A DNA stretch of 64,000 nucleotides. It comes from Patellaria atrata CBS 101060 (Eukaryota). The position numbers and the translations under genes were made by a program. Positions 1-13,040 of this stretch are shown here, piece after piece. The notes beneath the pieces were generated by a model. It was not told the origin of the DNA. It was given only the letters and a program-made list of their open reading frames with translations, and ran no database searches. How positions within the stretch are numbered: position 1 is the stretch's first letter; every line of letters begins with the position of its first letter. Location of the stretch: NCBI GenBank assembly GCA_010093705.1, contig MU006095.1:806001-870000 (forward strand), given 5' to 3'.

Positions 1-638
1 CGTGAATGCGCTGGAGTACTGACTTGCTTACTTGACGAAGCTCTCGTTGGATTTGACCTTGATGCTGGTGTCTTGAAGGTTGCCTGAACAGTGTTGGTGT
101 CAACAGCACGCGTTTTCCTTGTAGACTGACGAGCCAATGGTGAAGAAGTTATATTATGCCCATTCTGCAGCGCACCATTCTTTTTACGCCCAGAATTTGA
201 AACTACCTCAGTATTTGTGCCCCTACTCGATCTTTTGTTTGCGACAGGCGGGGGTGTATCAACGAGCGCATTCCTACGTGTAGACTTGCGAACCCCGTCT
301 ACAACCACAGATGACGGTCCTTCTGCGACTGCTAATTTCCAAGGAGGCGATGCGGCCCGTGAAAGTGACTTTGATCTATGTCCCAGATCGTCAACTCGAC
401 GCCGCTTCACTGGACGTTCAGCTTTTTCTTCGCCTTCCACCTCGACACTTTCTTTTTCCTCTTCTTGATTCTCATTGTGAAACCCATTTGTATATATATA
501 ATTAGAATCTCCGTTCAGGGTTGTCGGTTGTGAGGGCGATTGTGCCGGTTCTACAGACGCGGTATTGTTTGCGTTGTCATGATCGTGGTTAGAAACGTTC
601 GCGCCTTCTGGCATAGCCAGGGAGTCGACGGGTATCAT
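1..638 (-). CDS. 5' portion of a large nuclear protein, probably the SWR1 chromatin-remodelling helicase (continues off the left edge)
   Basis: Open minus-strand frame from ATG 638 to the window edge (MIPVDSLAMPEG...ERPVKRRRVDD...RAASPPWKLAVAEGPSSVVVDGVRKSTRRN). The NLS-like KRRR and the SPPWK..GP..DG.RKS motif resemble, from memory, the N-terminus of Pezizomycotina Swr1. No helicase domain is visible in the window. Confidence 0.45.
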   Translation of the reverse strand, partial: MIPVDSLAMPEGANVSNHDHDNANNTASVEPAQSPSQPTTLNGDSNYIYTNGFHNENQEEEKESVEVEGEEKAERPVKRRRVDDLGHRSKSLSRAASPPWKLAVAEGPSSVVVDGVRKSTRRNALVDTPPPVANKRSSRGTNTEVVSNSGRKKNGALQNGHNITSSPLARQSTRKTRAVDTNTVQATFKTPASRSNPTRASSSKQVSTPAHS

Positions 639-1015
639 GCAAGTGGAGACCCCCTCTAGGCACACGAAAACAGCATCAAATGTTTTGAATTTGATATCAT
701 TCAAAAGTCCGCATCGAGTTCAGTCCGAAACCGTTGTCATAAGTGAGACGGCAGGTCTGTAGCAGGTCGTAGCGACGATTTGGTGCCTTCGCGTGTATGA
801 TTTAGTGTTGATGCCTTTTCATTTTCCTCCGAGACTTTTCGGTACAGTTAGCGTCTTGGCTTTGACGGGAATGCTGACTGACCCGATAGCGAAGGACCTC
901 ATCTTAAGGTGGACCTCCACAGGGAGCTATTATCGCAAAAAACAACGGGATTGAGAGGTGCAGTATACTCCTTTGCTCTTCTCAGTCTTATATTGTTGTT
1001 AATACGATGTACTAG

Positions 1016-1600
1016 ATGTTGTCCAGACGAATTGCGCTAGCGCGGCCCCTCACGCGTGCTCTACGGCCAGGAATCCTCTTACCCCGAACCACCTTCATTC
1101 AGCGCAAATATGGCAGTAAGACAGATGGGGTGGATCCCAGCCTGGCGGATCCCGACTTGGTCTGATTTTCCAAAAGAACGATTTGGGCCCCAGCTGACCA
1201 TACCACAGAACGGTGGATATGTCAATCCACCAGCTATCAAACGCCAACACCGTGATCCCTACGCCGACTGGTGGGACCCCGTAGAGCGACGCAATTTCGG
1301 CGAACCAGTCCACGAAGACAATGACGTACTAAATATCTTCACACCCCATGACTATGATCACTTCTCGTTTGGATGGTCCGTCGTACTCGTGTCAACGTTC
1401 GTCGGGAGCATTTTCGCTCTTTGTGGGGTGGTATATATGTACTATCCGGATATACCAGCTATTCCACGATCATTCCCGGGAGGATTAGATATTGAACTAG
1501 GCGGAGCGGGGGCACTAAGGGTGAGCTGGAGAAAATTGAGCTGAAAGAATGGATGCTAACATATATATAGGCGAGGAAAGAGGACGATCCTTTGGACTGA
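1016..1600 (+). CDS. NADH:ubiquinone oxidoreductase ASHI subunit (NDUFB8-like), 3 exons
   Basis: Mitochondrial presequence-like MLSRRIALARPLTRALRP. Introns 1160-1208 and 1521-1570. Motif NGGYVNPP..KRQHRDPYADWWD..ERRNFGEPVHEDND followed by one TM helix and PRSFPGGL..ELGG. Confidence 0.9.
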
Positions 1601-1896
1601 ATTCACGGGCACTGGCAATTGTACATATACCAAGGAGAACGGAAATACATTTCTTTGATATTGAATTTTATATTGATTGATCGTCTCCAGAGATACTAAT
1701 TCAGGCTATAAAGCTATGTTAATAACATTTCCTATAGCGATTACACCAGAGAGTTTCACTATACCTGCAAGTGGCAACATCATTCGTTACACTACTAGTA
1801 CATCCCATTCCGCTAATGTGGGCAAAGCAATACATTATGAACGGTATATCCAGGTTACCCAAACGCCTACAATGCGAGATATACAACCCTACCTTA

Positions 1897-4567
1897 TCAA
1901 TGCCCTACGCCGCCAGCAACCCAGTTAGGAAATTCTGGATCCCCAGGAGGAGGGAATAGACCTCTATTCTCTTGTCCTGCTGGGGGATTCTCGCCTGCTG
2001 CACCATCACCGGCCGCAACTTCCTCTCTCCGTCTAGCGGCCAACGCCCTTTGCTGTCTATAATAAACGAGAGCAAGTAATGCGGCTGCTAAAGACAAGAT
2101 GAGAAGGCTGTCGAGTATTCCATCGTCAATAATATCGTAGGGATCATCACCCCCAGGCATACCCTCACGATGGGTAGCCAATGTGTCCCAATCATCAGGC
2201 TCCATGGGCTCTCGGGCATCATTGTCAGCATACCAGCCCTCTGCATCAGCAGCAAGAAATGCTGACAACCATTCATTCAAAGGTCGAGACTTGCGAGCTG
2301 CGGTATATTAGTCAAAGAAAGTAAATGGGGGAGTTCTTCACTTACAAGGCTCCTCTTGGATGGATTTGACTTTGCCATGAGTGATTGTGTTCCACCAGCT
2401 GCGTAGTCGAAGTCGGTAAAGGGCAAGAGTGACGGGTAAATATGCTTCTACGTTAGTCTCCAACGCTTGATCGTAGAATCTCTTAGCAAGATGGAAGTCT
2501 TGTTCAATGCCGATTCCGTTTTCGTGCATCCAACCCAAATTCCACATAGCCTGTGCACTTTGTAATGTCTCCGCAGCAAGTTGATAACATGCCGCGGCTT
2601 TCTCTTGATCAGGTGACGTTCCAAGACCCTCATGGTAGTAATCGCCCATTCTGACCATCGAATCGATATTTTGTTGCTTCGCGGATCGTGTCCAGTAAAT
2701 CAAAGCTAACGCTGCGTTGCCGAGAAGTTTTGTTTTCTTTTTAGCGAAAGGAATAATGGAACTCAAGGACAATTGTGGACGAGACTGATCAAGTAGATAG
2801 GCCACATTTGCTTGAGCATATTCGAAACCTTGCTCTGCGGCCATCATGTATTCAATGAGAGCAGTCTCCAGATCACCGGCTTCATATGCATCATTGGCAT
2901 ATTTGAAGTCAGCTACGATAACCTCCGCCTTTTCGGCAACAATCTTATAGTAGACCGCGGCCATTCCACAGGACTTGTCACGTCCCACGCCTAAGCGACT
3001 GATCTCTGCGAGGTAGTAAAATGCTTCAATATGACCATTTCTGGCCGCAAGCTCAAAATATCGTGTCGCCGTTTTGATGTCACCCTGATCCAGAAACAGG
3101 ATTCCGAGGTTCACTTGTGCAGCTGCCAGATCTTGATCAGCGGCGGGTTTGAAGTAGTCTGCGGCTTTGACAGAATCTTTTGGCACGCCATAGCCATACA
3201 TGTACATGAGACCCATTGAATACTGGGAGAGAGCGTCCCCGTTAGCCACTCCTCGCCTAAACCACGTTTGGGCGATCTCGTAGCTTTGCTTCATGCCTTC
3301 TCCTCGAAGGAACATACGGCCAAGCCAGCCAGCTGCTTTAGAGGCTAACTTCTCGATGCCGGGGCCAGCATCATTTCTCATTCCACCGTCTTTTGGCCAC
3401 ACCTGTCGTGCAACCTCGAGAAATAATAGTTTGGCCATCTGGAAATCCTGCTTCAACCCTTTTGGTCCTTCATAGTAATATTTTGCGAGTGCGTAGGTAG
3501 CCTTGATATCCCCACGCCTGGCCAGCATTTCGAGGTATTCCACTACATCTTCGAAATCCGCAAACTGATCAGAGCTTGGGCTCCCTCTCTTCGCGTTATG
3601 ACCGGCGCTGCTTACACTTGCCCCTTCACCGTATACTCCACCTTCTTCGTCTGCGATACGTATAGCATCCCTCACTAGTTGATGGCCGCCGGGTGGACCT
3701 GAGCGCTTGTATTCCATAGCTTTATCCGCGACTTTCTTGTAATAATGAACGGCCTTTTCACAATTCCTTGGAGTCGCAATCCCACTATGATGTCTGAATG
3801 CCATAGTCATCTGGGAATGAATGTCACCTTGATCTGCAGCAAACGTGTGGTAAAGCATGGCGAGACCCTGGTCTTGCTCCACGGCTTCCCCAACTCCTGT
3901 TGCATACATGAACCCTACCATATTTTGCGCTGTGCTGTTCCCATTCAATTCTGCCAGATCGTAATAGCGACGAAATGCTTTGTGATAGTCTCGTGGATGT
4001 GACCATAACCCGTAGAAACTCATCTCCGCCAAATAAAACATTGCATCTGGATTCCCCTCTGATGCAGCATTCTCGAGCAACCAGACCGCTTTCGCCAATG
4101 GTTGGGTGAGTTTGTACGTCTGGTCTTTTCCAGAGGTAAGTATCTCATTTTCAGGCGGTCCATTCATGAATAGGAGATAGAAGATCTGTTTGGCGACATA
4201 AAATGATTTACCGAATAATCCCGTAGGTTTCGTGAAGCGTGCATGGCGACTTTGAGTCGGCTGAATCTTGTAAAGGATTTTGGCAGCTTCATCAACAGCG
4301 ATAGCACCTGTTACAATGGTCAGTACTCATCCAGAATAACACAACGAGTTAGTATTACCCTTAGGCGGAGGAAATTCCTGTTGCTGGATATCGACTTCGT
4401 CCCGGATGATTTCTTGAGGTTGAGAACGCTGGCTCAATGCCACCGTTACGAAGAGAAATAATGATACTATAGGGACTTTTTGTTAGAACTTCCAGATTCA
4501 GCGGAGCATTGACGCGCAAAAGCTCACAAATGAAGAGCGGCAAGAGCCGCAATGACGATTTCCTCAT
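1897..4567 (-). CDS. HRD3: ERAD ubiquitin-ligase complex subunit Hrd3/Sel1L (Sel1-repeat membrane protein)
   Basis: Signal-peptide-like start at ATG 4567 with two 5' introns. 609-aa exon frame with many Sel1 repeats (AQNMVGFMYATG, AQAMWNLGWMHENGIG..QDFHLAKRFYDQALE). Final exon has a TM helix and ends FPPPGDPEF.NWVAGGVGH. Confidence 0.92.
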
Positions 4568-4987
4568 TTTTGTGAGAAGATTTGGGAGGTCTAGAGGGAA
4601 AGACCTCGTCTTCCAGTCATGGAATGGTGTAGGTGCTCATTAACATCGTAAGAAGAGAGAAGAATGAACAACAGATGGCTGATTCATCGTTGTCTTGAAA
4701 ACTGAAGAAGCCACCTTGTTCAAGCTTCCTGCGCTCGCTCCTGCACCTGCCAAGCTTGACGATTCATCCGAACGCCGACCTGCTTTTAAGATCATATTTA
4801 TAATCCATCTGATCCTCCATCAGGTACAAGTACAACGCGTTTCCCGACGTGCCCACCATGCTGGATAATACATATGGACCGTCATATTTCAATATGGCCC
4901 ATAGCATTACATTTGTTCAACTTGATCTACTAACACCACCTTAAGAGGCCCTTAATTGACCTTTTGTGGTCATCAAACCTCCTGAAG

Positions 4988-6742
4988 ATGCTTGACAATG
5001 GCAATTCGGAGACCTCTCCTTTACTTGATGTAAATTCAAACCGTAGAGGTTCAGAAACAATATCTAGGGACCCATTCCTTCGATCTCTTAATAGTAATGG
5101 ATATGTTAAGAAAGTCGAAGAGAAGCGGGCTCTTCCTATATGGAGAGCCAGTCTCATCATCATCTCCATTGGGCTTCTCATATTTCTTCAAGGTACGGTA
5201 AAAACATACTAATTATTCTGCACCGGATACTTATAATTTTTAGCGTCGAATATGACAATGATTACAACCACCCAGTCTACGATTGCCAGAGATCTGGATG
5301 CTTACGAGGAAGCCAGCTGGTTCACATCCGCATACCTGATCGCTATGTCCAGTATCTCTCCATTAGCTGGAAGACATAGTCAATTATTTTCTCCAAGAAC
5401 GATCTTCTTGGCCGCTACTATTATTGTCACAATCGGGTCAATCATTACCGGCACTTCTATCACATTCAGACAATTCATTATCGGCAGAGCTATAACGGGC
5501 GTCGGCGCCGCAGGCGTACTAACAGTTGCTACCATCATTGTCCTTCATCTTACTACGCCAAAACGGAGGGGCCTATTCCTTGGAATGCTCAATTCAGCCA
5601 TGACCCTTGGTGTCTCATTAGGTGCTGTCGTAGCAGGAGGTCTGGAACCAAAGATCGGATGGCACGCACTCTTTACAATACAAGGTCCTTTAGCGTTTGT
5701 AGCGGGCACATGCCTGTTCCTCTCTATTCCCGGGGACTTCTCCACCCGACTGGACTCAGCTACTAAGTACACATTGTCTCAGAAGCTCGCTCGTGTGGAT
5801 TATTTCGGTGCTATAACGCTTACCGTCTCGATATCATGTTTACTCCTAGCCGTCTCAGCAAAAGAAGTATTGCTTACTCCTATCATCATTGGATTTGTTC
5901 TGCTCCCGGTTTTCATCCTCAATGAAATCTATATTGCCAAGGAGCCGATCATTCCGGTCACTCTGATGAAATCTCGTGGCACACTTCTTTCCTGCCTCGC
6001 AACCGTTGGTCTAATGATGTCTCGTTGGTCAATCTTATTTTTTACTCCAGCCTATGCCATTGCCGTACGGCTTTGGAATCCTGCCGCGGCTGGTTCGATT
6101 CTTATCCCAACGAACTTAGGTTTCGCTCTTGGAGGTTTACTAGCAGGGTGGATTCACATCCGTCGAGCTGGGAGCTTCTACGTACCTTCCTTAGTGACGA
6201 TGAGTTTGTTCCCAGTCACTCTAGCATTAATATCGTTGGAATCAACTCCGACTTCGCCTACGTCCCTCTACCTTCTTCTCGTTTTCACAAATGGCTTTTG
6301 TACCGGGACCGCATTGAACTACACCTTGGTTCATCTGCTTCACTTAACGCCTCCAGATACTCATTTCATCGTCACCTCACTTCTAGCAACCTTCAGGGGA
6401 TTCGCGGGCTCTTTCGGGTCCGCTGTCGGCAGTGGTGTGTTCACACGTATGTTGCGCCGTGGCCTCGTTCGCGGTTTCAGTCATGCCGGTCTCAGTGGAA
6501 AAGGCCCTTTAATCCGCAAATTAATCGGTAGCCCAGCAATTGTCGGTACTCTCCATGGTACCGAGAGGGCCGTTGCGGTCGATGCATACGTTGGAGCATT
6601 GAAGGGTTTGTTCTACGCCGGGGTGGGGCTGTCGGCCATGGTGGTATTTATCCAGGCAGGAACTGGATGGACCAACCCTGAACAGGAGACCAGTGACGAG
6701 GAGAGCATAGAGAGTGCCAGCATCAACTCCGAGGCGAGATGA
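4988..6742 (+). CDS. MFS transporter, DHA2/vacuolar basic amino acid transporter (Vba)-like
   Basis: ATG 4988 with ETSPLL dileucine-type motif. Intron 5193-5243. SWFTSAYLIA, GRAITGVGAAG and many hydrophobic helices typical of 14-TMS MFS proteins. Confidence 0.88.
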
Positions 6743-9023
6743 CGGGTAGTCTCTTCACCCAGAAGACGGTCTTCTCATACTATGGGTCTATTCGACCTGC
6801 TTCCTAGCTGATGGCTACTCAAGTTCAGCTACCAATATTGATCCATGTGTGTGCTGGACCATGCAGTGTACGGTTCGTTCAGTCTCCTTGTATCTTCCAG
6901 CAATCGTGAATGTGTGCGAAGAGAATAAGGGATACCTCAAGCCTTACGTACAGGCACTGGTATTTCCCCCGTCGACACCTTATTTCCTTGTTCTTTCAGG
7001 GCGTTGGAGGTCTCCAATCAATGTACATTTGATACTGTTGTTTAACACTTCCGCGCCTAGGTAGTTTCCTATCATCCTATCATTTTAGGGGGCAATCATC
7101 TAGCAATAGGAATAAGGCACTAAGGGGCTAAGTAGCCAAAGATTGTGTCAATGCAAGCTAATTTAGGAACCTTAAGGCTCTCGCAAGAACGAGAATGAAC
7201 GAGTCAGCAGGAAGAGTCCACAGCTAGATACAACTTATGACAGAATATTGCAAGATCTAATGATTTTCACGAGACACCGTCTGGTTTGTCATAGCCCACG
7301 CTGAATGATTACGAATACCGCGGAATGTGGAAGCATTGATATCAAGCAGTACGAAAGCCGTCCAACAAACTCACCGTATAATTTCACAGGTTCAACAATC
7401 TGCCTCAATCTATTTCTAGGATTATGGCGTCTGTGCATTCGCAGTAAAACATGCATCCGGGAATAGTTACAGAGTACTTTTAGGGTGCGGAAATCGAAGG
7501 TTCCCAAATACCGTAAGCGGAGCATGGTAAGAAGGCCCGAATTCGGCCACCCAGAGAAATGGTTCAACACCCACAAGACAGGAAAATTCTCCCCTGTCAA
7601 CCATCTTGACGATTCACCATTTCTTGTTCCCGTTGATCAAAAAACGTTTGTTTTGCAGTACAGTAGAATCTTTTGTTCTGCAAAACGCCACATCGCATGG
7701 TTGCTATTTGATGGATGGTCCCAGCCACAAGTAGAACCAAGGGGAAATGTTTTTCTTTTCCAAGAATTAGATTCGAACTGTACTGTATGGAATACTATAC
7801 TGTACAATACACGAAAATCCCATCACTACATTCAGGAATCTAGTTTCTTCCACGAGTTCGAACACAGCATACTTCGCACATGCGGTTGAGTCGCCTGATC
7901 TCAATGGTTTCATGCGCCGCACCAATTCTCCCAAGCTCGAAATTATGATTCAGCTCAGTGGGGGAAGATAGTGTATACTTAACATACACGATCAGGCTAC
8001 AAGGCGGATACGGCTCCGATTAACATACACGGAATCGGTGACACATAACGCGGATGGCCACATCTTAAAGTTATCCGTCAGTCATGGTAGCTCGCTCCAG
8101 CAATGCAGGAAAATTTTCGCAATAGATTGACCTGTCGCGACTCCACGTGTCGGTAGTGTATACTTAACGTACACGATCATCAAAGTGGGTAAAATGCGGC
8201 TCTGCTTAACGTACACGATTCTCTTGACACATCTGGTAGCGCGAAACTTTTTGGTAGGTTCTGATCTCGATACGGTGGTGGATTTGCTCACCACCTTCAA
8301 TGAAGCGGATAGATCAAGGGACTTGTTGAATTGATCTATCAGTCTACGTCAATTGCGACGGATTAGGGATTCCCTCAGGATTTAAGGCGTTAAGGAATCG
8401 CGATGAGAATGCAAAGGAGGAGCCGTATAGGATTGTTATGCTTCGACAATTACCACCTATAATGATGTCCTGGGGGCTAAATTTGACCATAGGGCGTGAA
8501 GTCAGCGAAAGGCGTGACAAGAAAAGGGCCCATGCGCCAATTTCTCAGCAAAGTGGTGGTTGAAAAGAGGCATTGGCTAACGAGATATCAGCTAGTATAC
8601 CTTTGTATGGGTAACTTATATGCATCGCCATGTGTGGAGGACCGGAGGTGTCATACTTTTTGACAACCTTGTTGAACCGTGATGCTGCGTAAACTAGAAA
8701 TTACTAGTCCTTCCAGACAAGATGACTCTTTATTCAACTGCATACACCCGGAAACTTCGAACACCCTGATGTGCAAAAGTGCAAATGTAGTTCCTATAAG
8801 ATGCGTCCCCTCCCCAAAGGCTGGCCTTCTGATCTTCTCCCCATATAATAAGCAAGGCACTGCACGGTCTCACATTTCCCATAACTGTCCAGGCCACTGT
8901 CCATCCTCGCGTCATTATACCTTTAAGATCACTTTGGAGTCCGCTCGATTAGAGAGTCGTCTCTTTCTCTTTCCTCTTTGCATTCATAGTCAAACTATCT
9001 CCCTTTTTTTCCTAGGTTTCATA

Positions 9024-10774
9024 ATGTCTTCATCAATGTCGTTCACTGCTGTCTCCACGGCAACTCGGGCTACCAATATCGCATACAAGGTCCGAAATAT
9101 GACGACCGTCTGCCGACCTACGATTGAGATCAAACTCAACGCTGGCAGTCGCAGTACTGGACTCCATGGATCGTATATCACGTCTTACTCTACCATGGAC
9201 AAGATCGAGGGAACGGTTTCCATCACGGCTCAGATAGATACCCGGTTTGAGGATATCGAAATCGCCTTTATTGGTTGGTACCCCTCTCCCCTCCCCCCTC
9301 CCCCAAGACTCCAAGGTGACTGTCATCTGATCGTCACCATTCACTTTCATTGCACATTCCTATACTATTCCCGCATTTTCCGCTTCTTACCCAAAATAGT
9401 AGATTCTCAGCTGATAATACTTTTTTCCCGTCATTGCATATAGGCGTTGAGAAAACATTCGTCGATCACATTTCAAGCGCTGCAGCTGTAACAGGGCGAA
9501 CCGACGCCTCTCATCAGTTTCTCAAGCTCGTCCAACCCATCGAAGAATCTTCTCTACCCCAGCCAAGGATAATTGAAGCTGGGCGAACTTATAACCTCCC
9601 ATTTACCTTTGTTGCTCCAAGTCAGCTGCTCCCCAAATCATGCAATCACAAGATTGTGAGCAACCAAGTACAACATGCTCATCTCCAGCTTCCTCCAAGC
9701 TTTGGCGATCCCGAGATTTCCGGATTCGGAGGTACCCTATTGGATGACATGGCGCCTCAAATGGCCAAGATCGCCTACGCCGTTTACGTGAAGGTGACCC
9801 AAGTCCGTGAAATCGATGGGGCAGAAGTCCTTCTCGCAGACCGAGCAAAGAAGATCAGAGTCAAACCAGTATTCGAAGAACAACCCCCCCTAAACATCCC
9901 GAGCGATGATCCCGAATTCCGCCTGAGAGAGGAAAAAACCATCCGCAAAGGTCTCCTGAAAAGCAAGCTCGGCAAACTTGTCATGGAAGCTGTCCAACCC
10001 AAACCGTTCCACCTCCCGGCTTTTACAACCGACTCTCACTTCGAGCCCGTAACTACCACCGCCAGAGTCTCCCTCCGCTTTGACCCTACGGACGAAAGGG
10101 CACAGCCCCCCCAACTCGGCTCTCTCAGCAGCAAACTCAAGGTTTCGACCTTCTTCGCAACCTCTCCGCGAAGAGACTTTCCCAAGAGAGCGCAAATCCT
10201 CATCGATATGTCCGCAGGCCACCACTCCGAGACCGTCCAGCTGTCCTCCCGCTGCGTCGCCTCGGTACGGTGGGTTAAGCACGGTCCCGGCGCCTCTGCG
10301 GAAGCCCTCGCCCGACGAGATTCCGGTTTCTCGGAGGACGCCGGCAATAACGGGTTTCCGTCCCCGAGTAAGGACTTCAAGGGTTCCACCTTTTATACGG
10401 CGGAGATTATTGTCCCGATGACGCTCCCCCGAAACAAAAATGTTGTGCCGACTTTCCATAGCTGCTTGGTGAGCAGGCAGTATAGCATCAACCTCCATCT
10501 CTCTTCGCTGGTTACCGGTGCGCTGGGGTCGGGAATGAAACTCAAGGTCCCGGTGCAGGTTTCGGCTGAGGGGAGCACCAGTGGAAGGGAGAGGAGGGAG
10601 TCACTTGCTCAGGTCCAGCAAGCGCAACAGGAAGCACATGAGGTGTTTCAGTCGAGAAGTGTGGCTCCTCCGCCGGAGCATTATATGGGCACCAGTGTTG
10701 GTGTTTTGGCACCACCCCCGGAGTATGAGGTCTTTGCAACTCAGGGGTCCCGGAGTGTTAGTGTTATCGGTTGA
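9024..10774 (+). CDS. Arrestin-like (arrestin-N/Bul1-type) ubiquitin-ligase adaptor
   Basis: Exon 1 YSTMDKIEGTVSITA..DTRFEDIEIAFIG. Intron 9274-9443. LPFTFVAP, HLQLPPSFGD, PTFHSCLVSRQY motifs and a C-terminal PPPEY (PY) motif. Confidence 0.85.
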
Positions 10775-11625
10775 AGAATTGGTTAAAAAGGAAATTGTTT
10801 CGTTTCGCTTACACTTACTTTTTGAGGGAGGTGCACCATTCTAATGTTTAAGTTTTCGGGATTTCATAAGGAGTTCTGAGAAAAAAGGATCTGTTAATGA
10901 ATAAGGGAGGATATACCCTAGAATGACTTGTAAGCTTTTTGTCGGATCTGGTTGGACCTGAACTAATTGCGTTTGCTATGCTACGCTCTGGATTCTTCGT
11001 TTTCCTGTAGTTTGCGCTTATGTTTCATTTGGACTTTGTCTCTTTTTTTTTTTTTTTTCCCTCCGATTTTTCAACATGATACCCAAAAGTGGACGGCATT
11101 TATCTGCCCAGTTCGATGGAACTTCATTCGGTAATAAGTTTATATATAGTGCTTCACCAGGTATACGGTATCATTCCTTCTTTGGGTGAAAATTTCATAC
11201 CCCTTTATTTCCCCAGGATGAGACTCAATGCAGCCTACCTTCGCTACAATGAGTAACATAAAAAACAAAACACCGATCCTACATCCAATCCCAATATCAA
11301 TATCAATATCAAATACCACAAGTGTCAAAACTGTGTTCCAACCCCACCCTCTTATCTCCCTAACGGGTCTAAGAAAAAGGAGGTTCAAGGTACACCAGAC
11401 CTCCCATCTCGTCCCCGCGGCTCCAGCAGGTAGCAGTTGCTGTGATCTGCCCTAATGCCAGTGGAGTTCAACACGTCCATATTTCGAGGTTCCCAATACC
11501 GCTGCCATGACCACTTCACCTACCTTAGCTCCACACCGCAATCCCTCGTACGTCATCGAAGTACCTTAATACACTATCCTAATTTCTTATACCCCCTCTT
11601 CTAACCTGGCTAACCCGCGTTTCAA

Positions 11626-11665
11626 CCCCCCCCCCCCCCCCAAAACCCTTCCCCCTTTTTTTTTT
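11626..11665. repeat. Homopolymer tract cluster (C16 followed by C/T runs)
   Basis: Sequence directly shows C x16 at 11626-11641, then cccccttttttttttccc. Confidence 0.9.
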
Positions 11666-13040
11666 CCCAACCTTATCGAGAGATCCCTTTCGTTCCCATG
11701 TAGAAACCATCGACACAAACCTCACCACCGCTCGAACCCCGACCCGATATACTCAATATATTCAACGAGAACATCTGAAAACCGCCCCCTCTTAATCTCA
11801 CTCCCGCCACTATATTTTGATATCCACATCATCGTTTCCGTGACTGCTGCGGTGAATATTGCGGTTTTGATATCTGATAGGAGAGGATTGGGGAGGTTAT
11901 AGGGTAAGCGAATCGCGGGGGTTTGGAATGAGGGATTGTGAGAGATTGTAGGTCGTGGGTGGTATGCTGGTGGAGCGGAAAGGGGGTGTTGGGAGGTGAG
12001 AAGGGAGATGTTTAACTGGAGTTTATAGAATCCAAGTCTCCCTTAGAATGCTGGAGATGAGTATATGGGTTAGTTCCCAAAGACCAATGGCCAACATGAA
12101 GATTAGATACGATGTCCCACCTTGCGTCGGGACCAGAGGGGCCGAGGAAAGGGTGTTCCAACATGCACGGGGGAGGGTTCGCTTCTCGAATTGAAATTCG
12201 AAAAGTGATAAGCTGTAAGTCGAAATGATACGAAGCGATGTTTTTGTAGAACTAATAGTAGCCACGGTCCCCTTAGAACAAGACGGGCGGAAATTACGTA
12301 CAAAAAGGAGAAGTAGGCAGGTACCACAGCTATAAGCGAAAACTGACAATCTAGTAATAAACTTCACAAGGAAATAAGAGATAGTGAGACATGGAACAAC
12401 ATGACATACTTTATAACCGCACCAATTCTAGTCTTCCAGATTATAGCAAAACAACACCCGAAAGAAAACTTCAATTCCACAACTTTTAACGCTTGCGCAA
12501 CAAGTACAGAAATAGAATAAGAAAAAGGAGATTATTCAGAGACAGGGAAACATAGAATCGGCACTTTGATTATGAAATGGAAGAAAAAGAGCCAGAAACT
12601 GTATGCTCCACGATCTAATTTTCGATGCTTTCAAAAAGAGTAATAAAAAGGGCCGTCACAGCGTCAACTTCTGCATGGCGGGGGTATCTATCTCTTAGAC
12701 CCTCAGGTCACAAAAGAAGCTAAACAGCAATCTCGCATTCGCATATCCAAGCAATCGCGAATAAAACAGCAGGAACGAAGGACGATGGGGACAGGCCCGA
12801 GGAAGGTACGACCAATCCATAACCAAAAACGCCCAGTTTCGCCGAGAGGCAATTTCCCATTCTAAGGTAGCTTTTAGAAGTAACTCCGTGGATAAATGAC
12901 GAATGAACAATTATATAGCAGACCCAATGCGGACCAACCTCCTGTTTAGGGCGTCAGAAGACGATCTTGTTAGATGTCAAGATAAGGTATGGTGGATCGC
13001 AGATAAGGAAATCGCAACCTGGGATGTGCTTAACCGGTGG

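Noticed and set aside
8485..8500. GACCATAGGGCGTG resembling the start of fungal 5S rRNA
   Set aside because: Similarity stops after about 14 nt and no internal 5S sequence follows.
8679..9023. 115-codon in-frame ORF extension upstream of the arrestin-like start
   Set aside because: It runs through a TATA-like element (about 8843) and the pyrimidine-rich leader, and the peptide is not protein-like. Probably a chance open frame.
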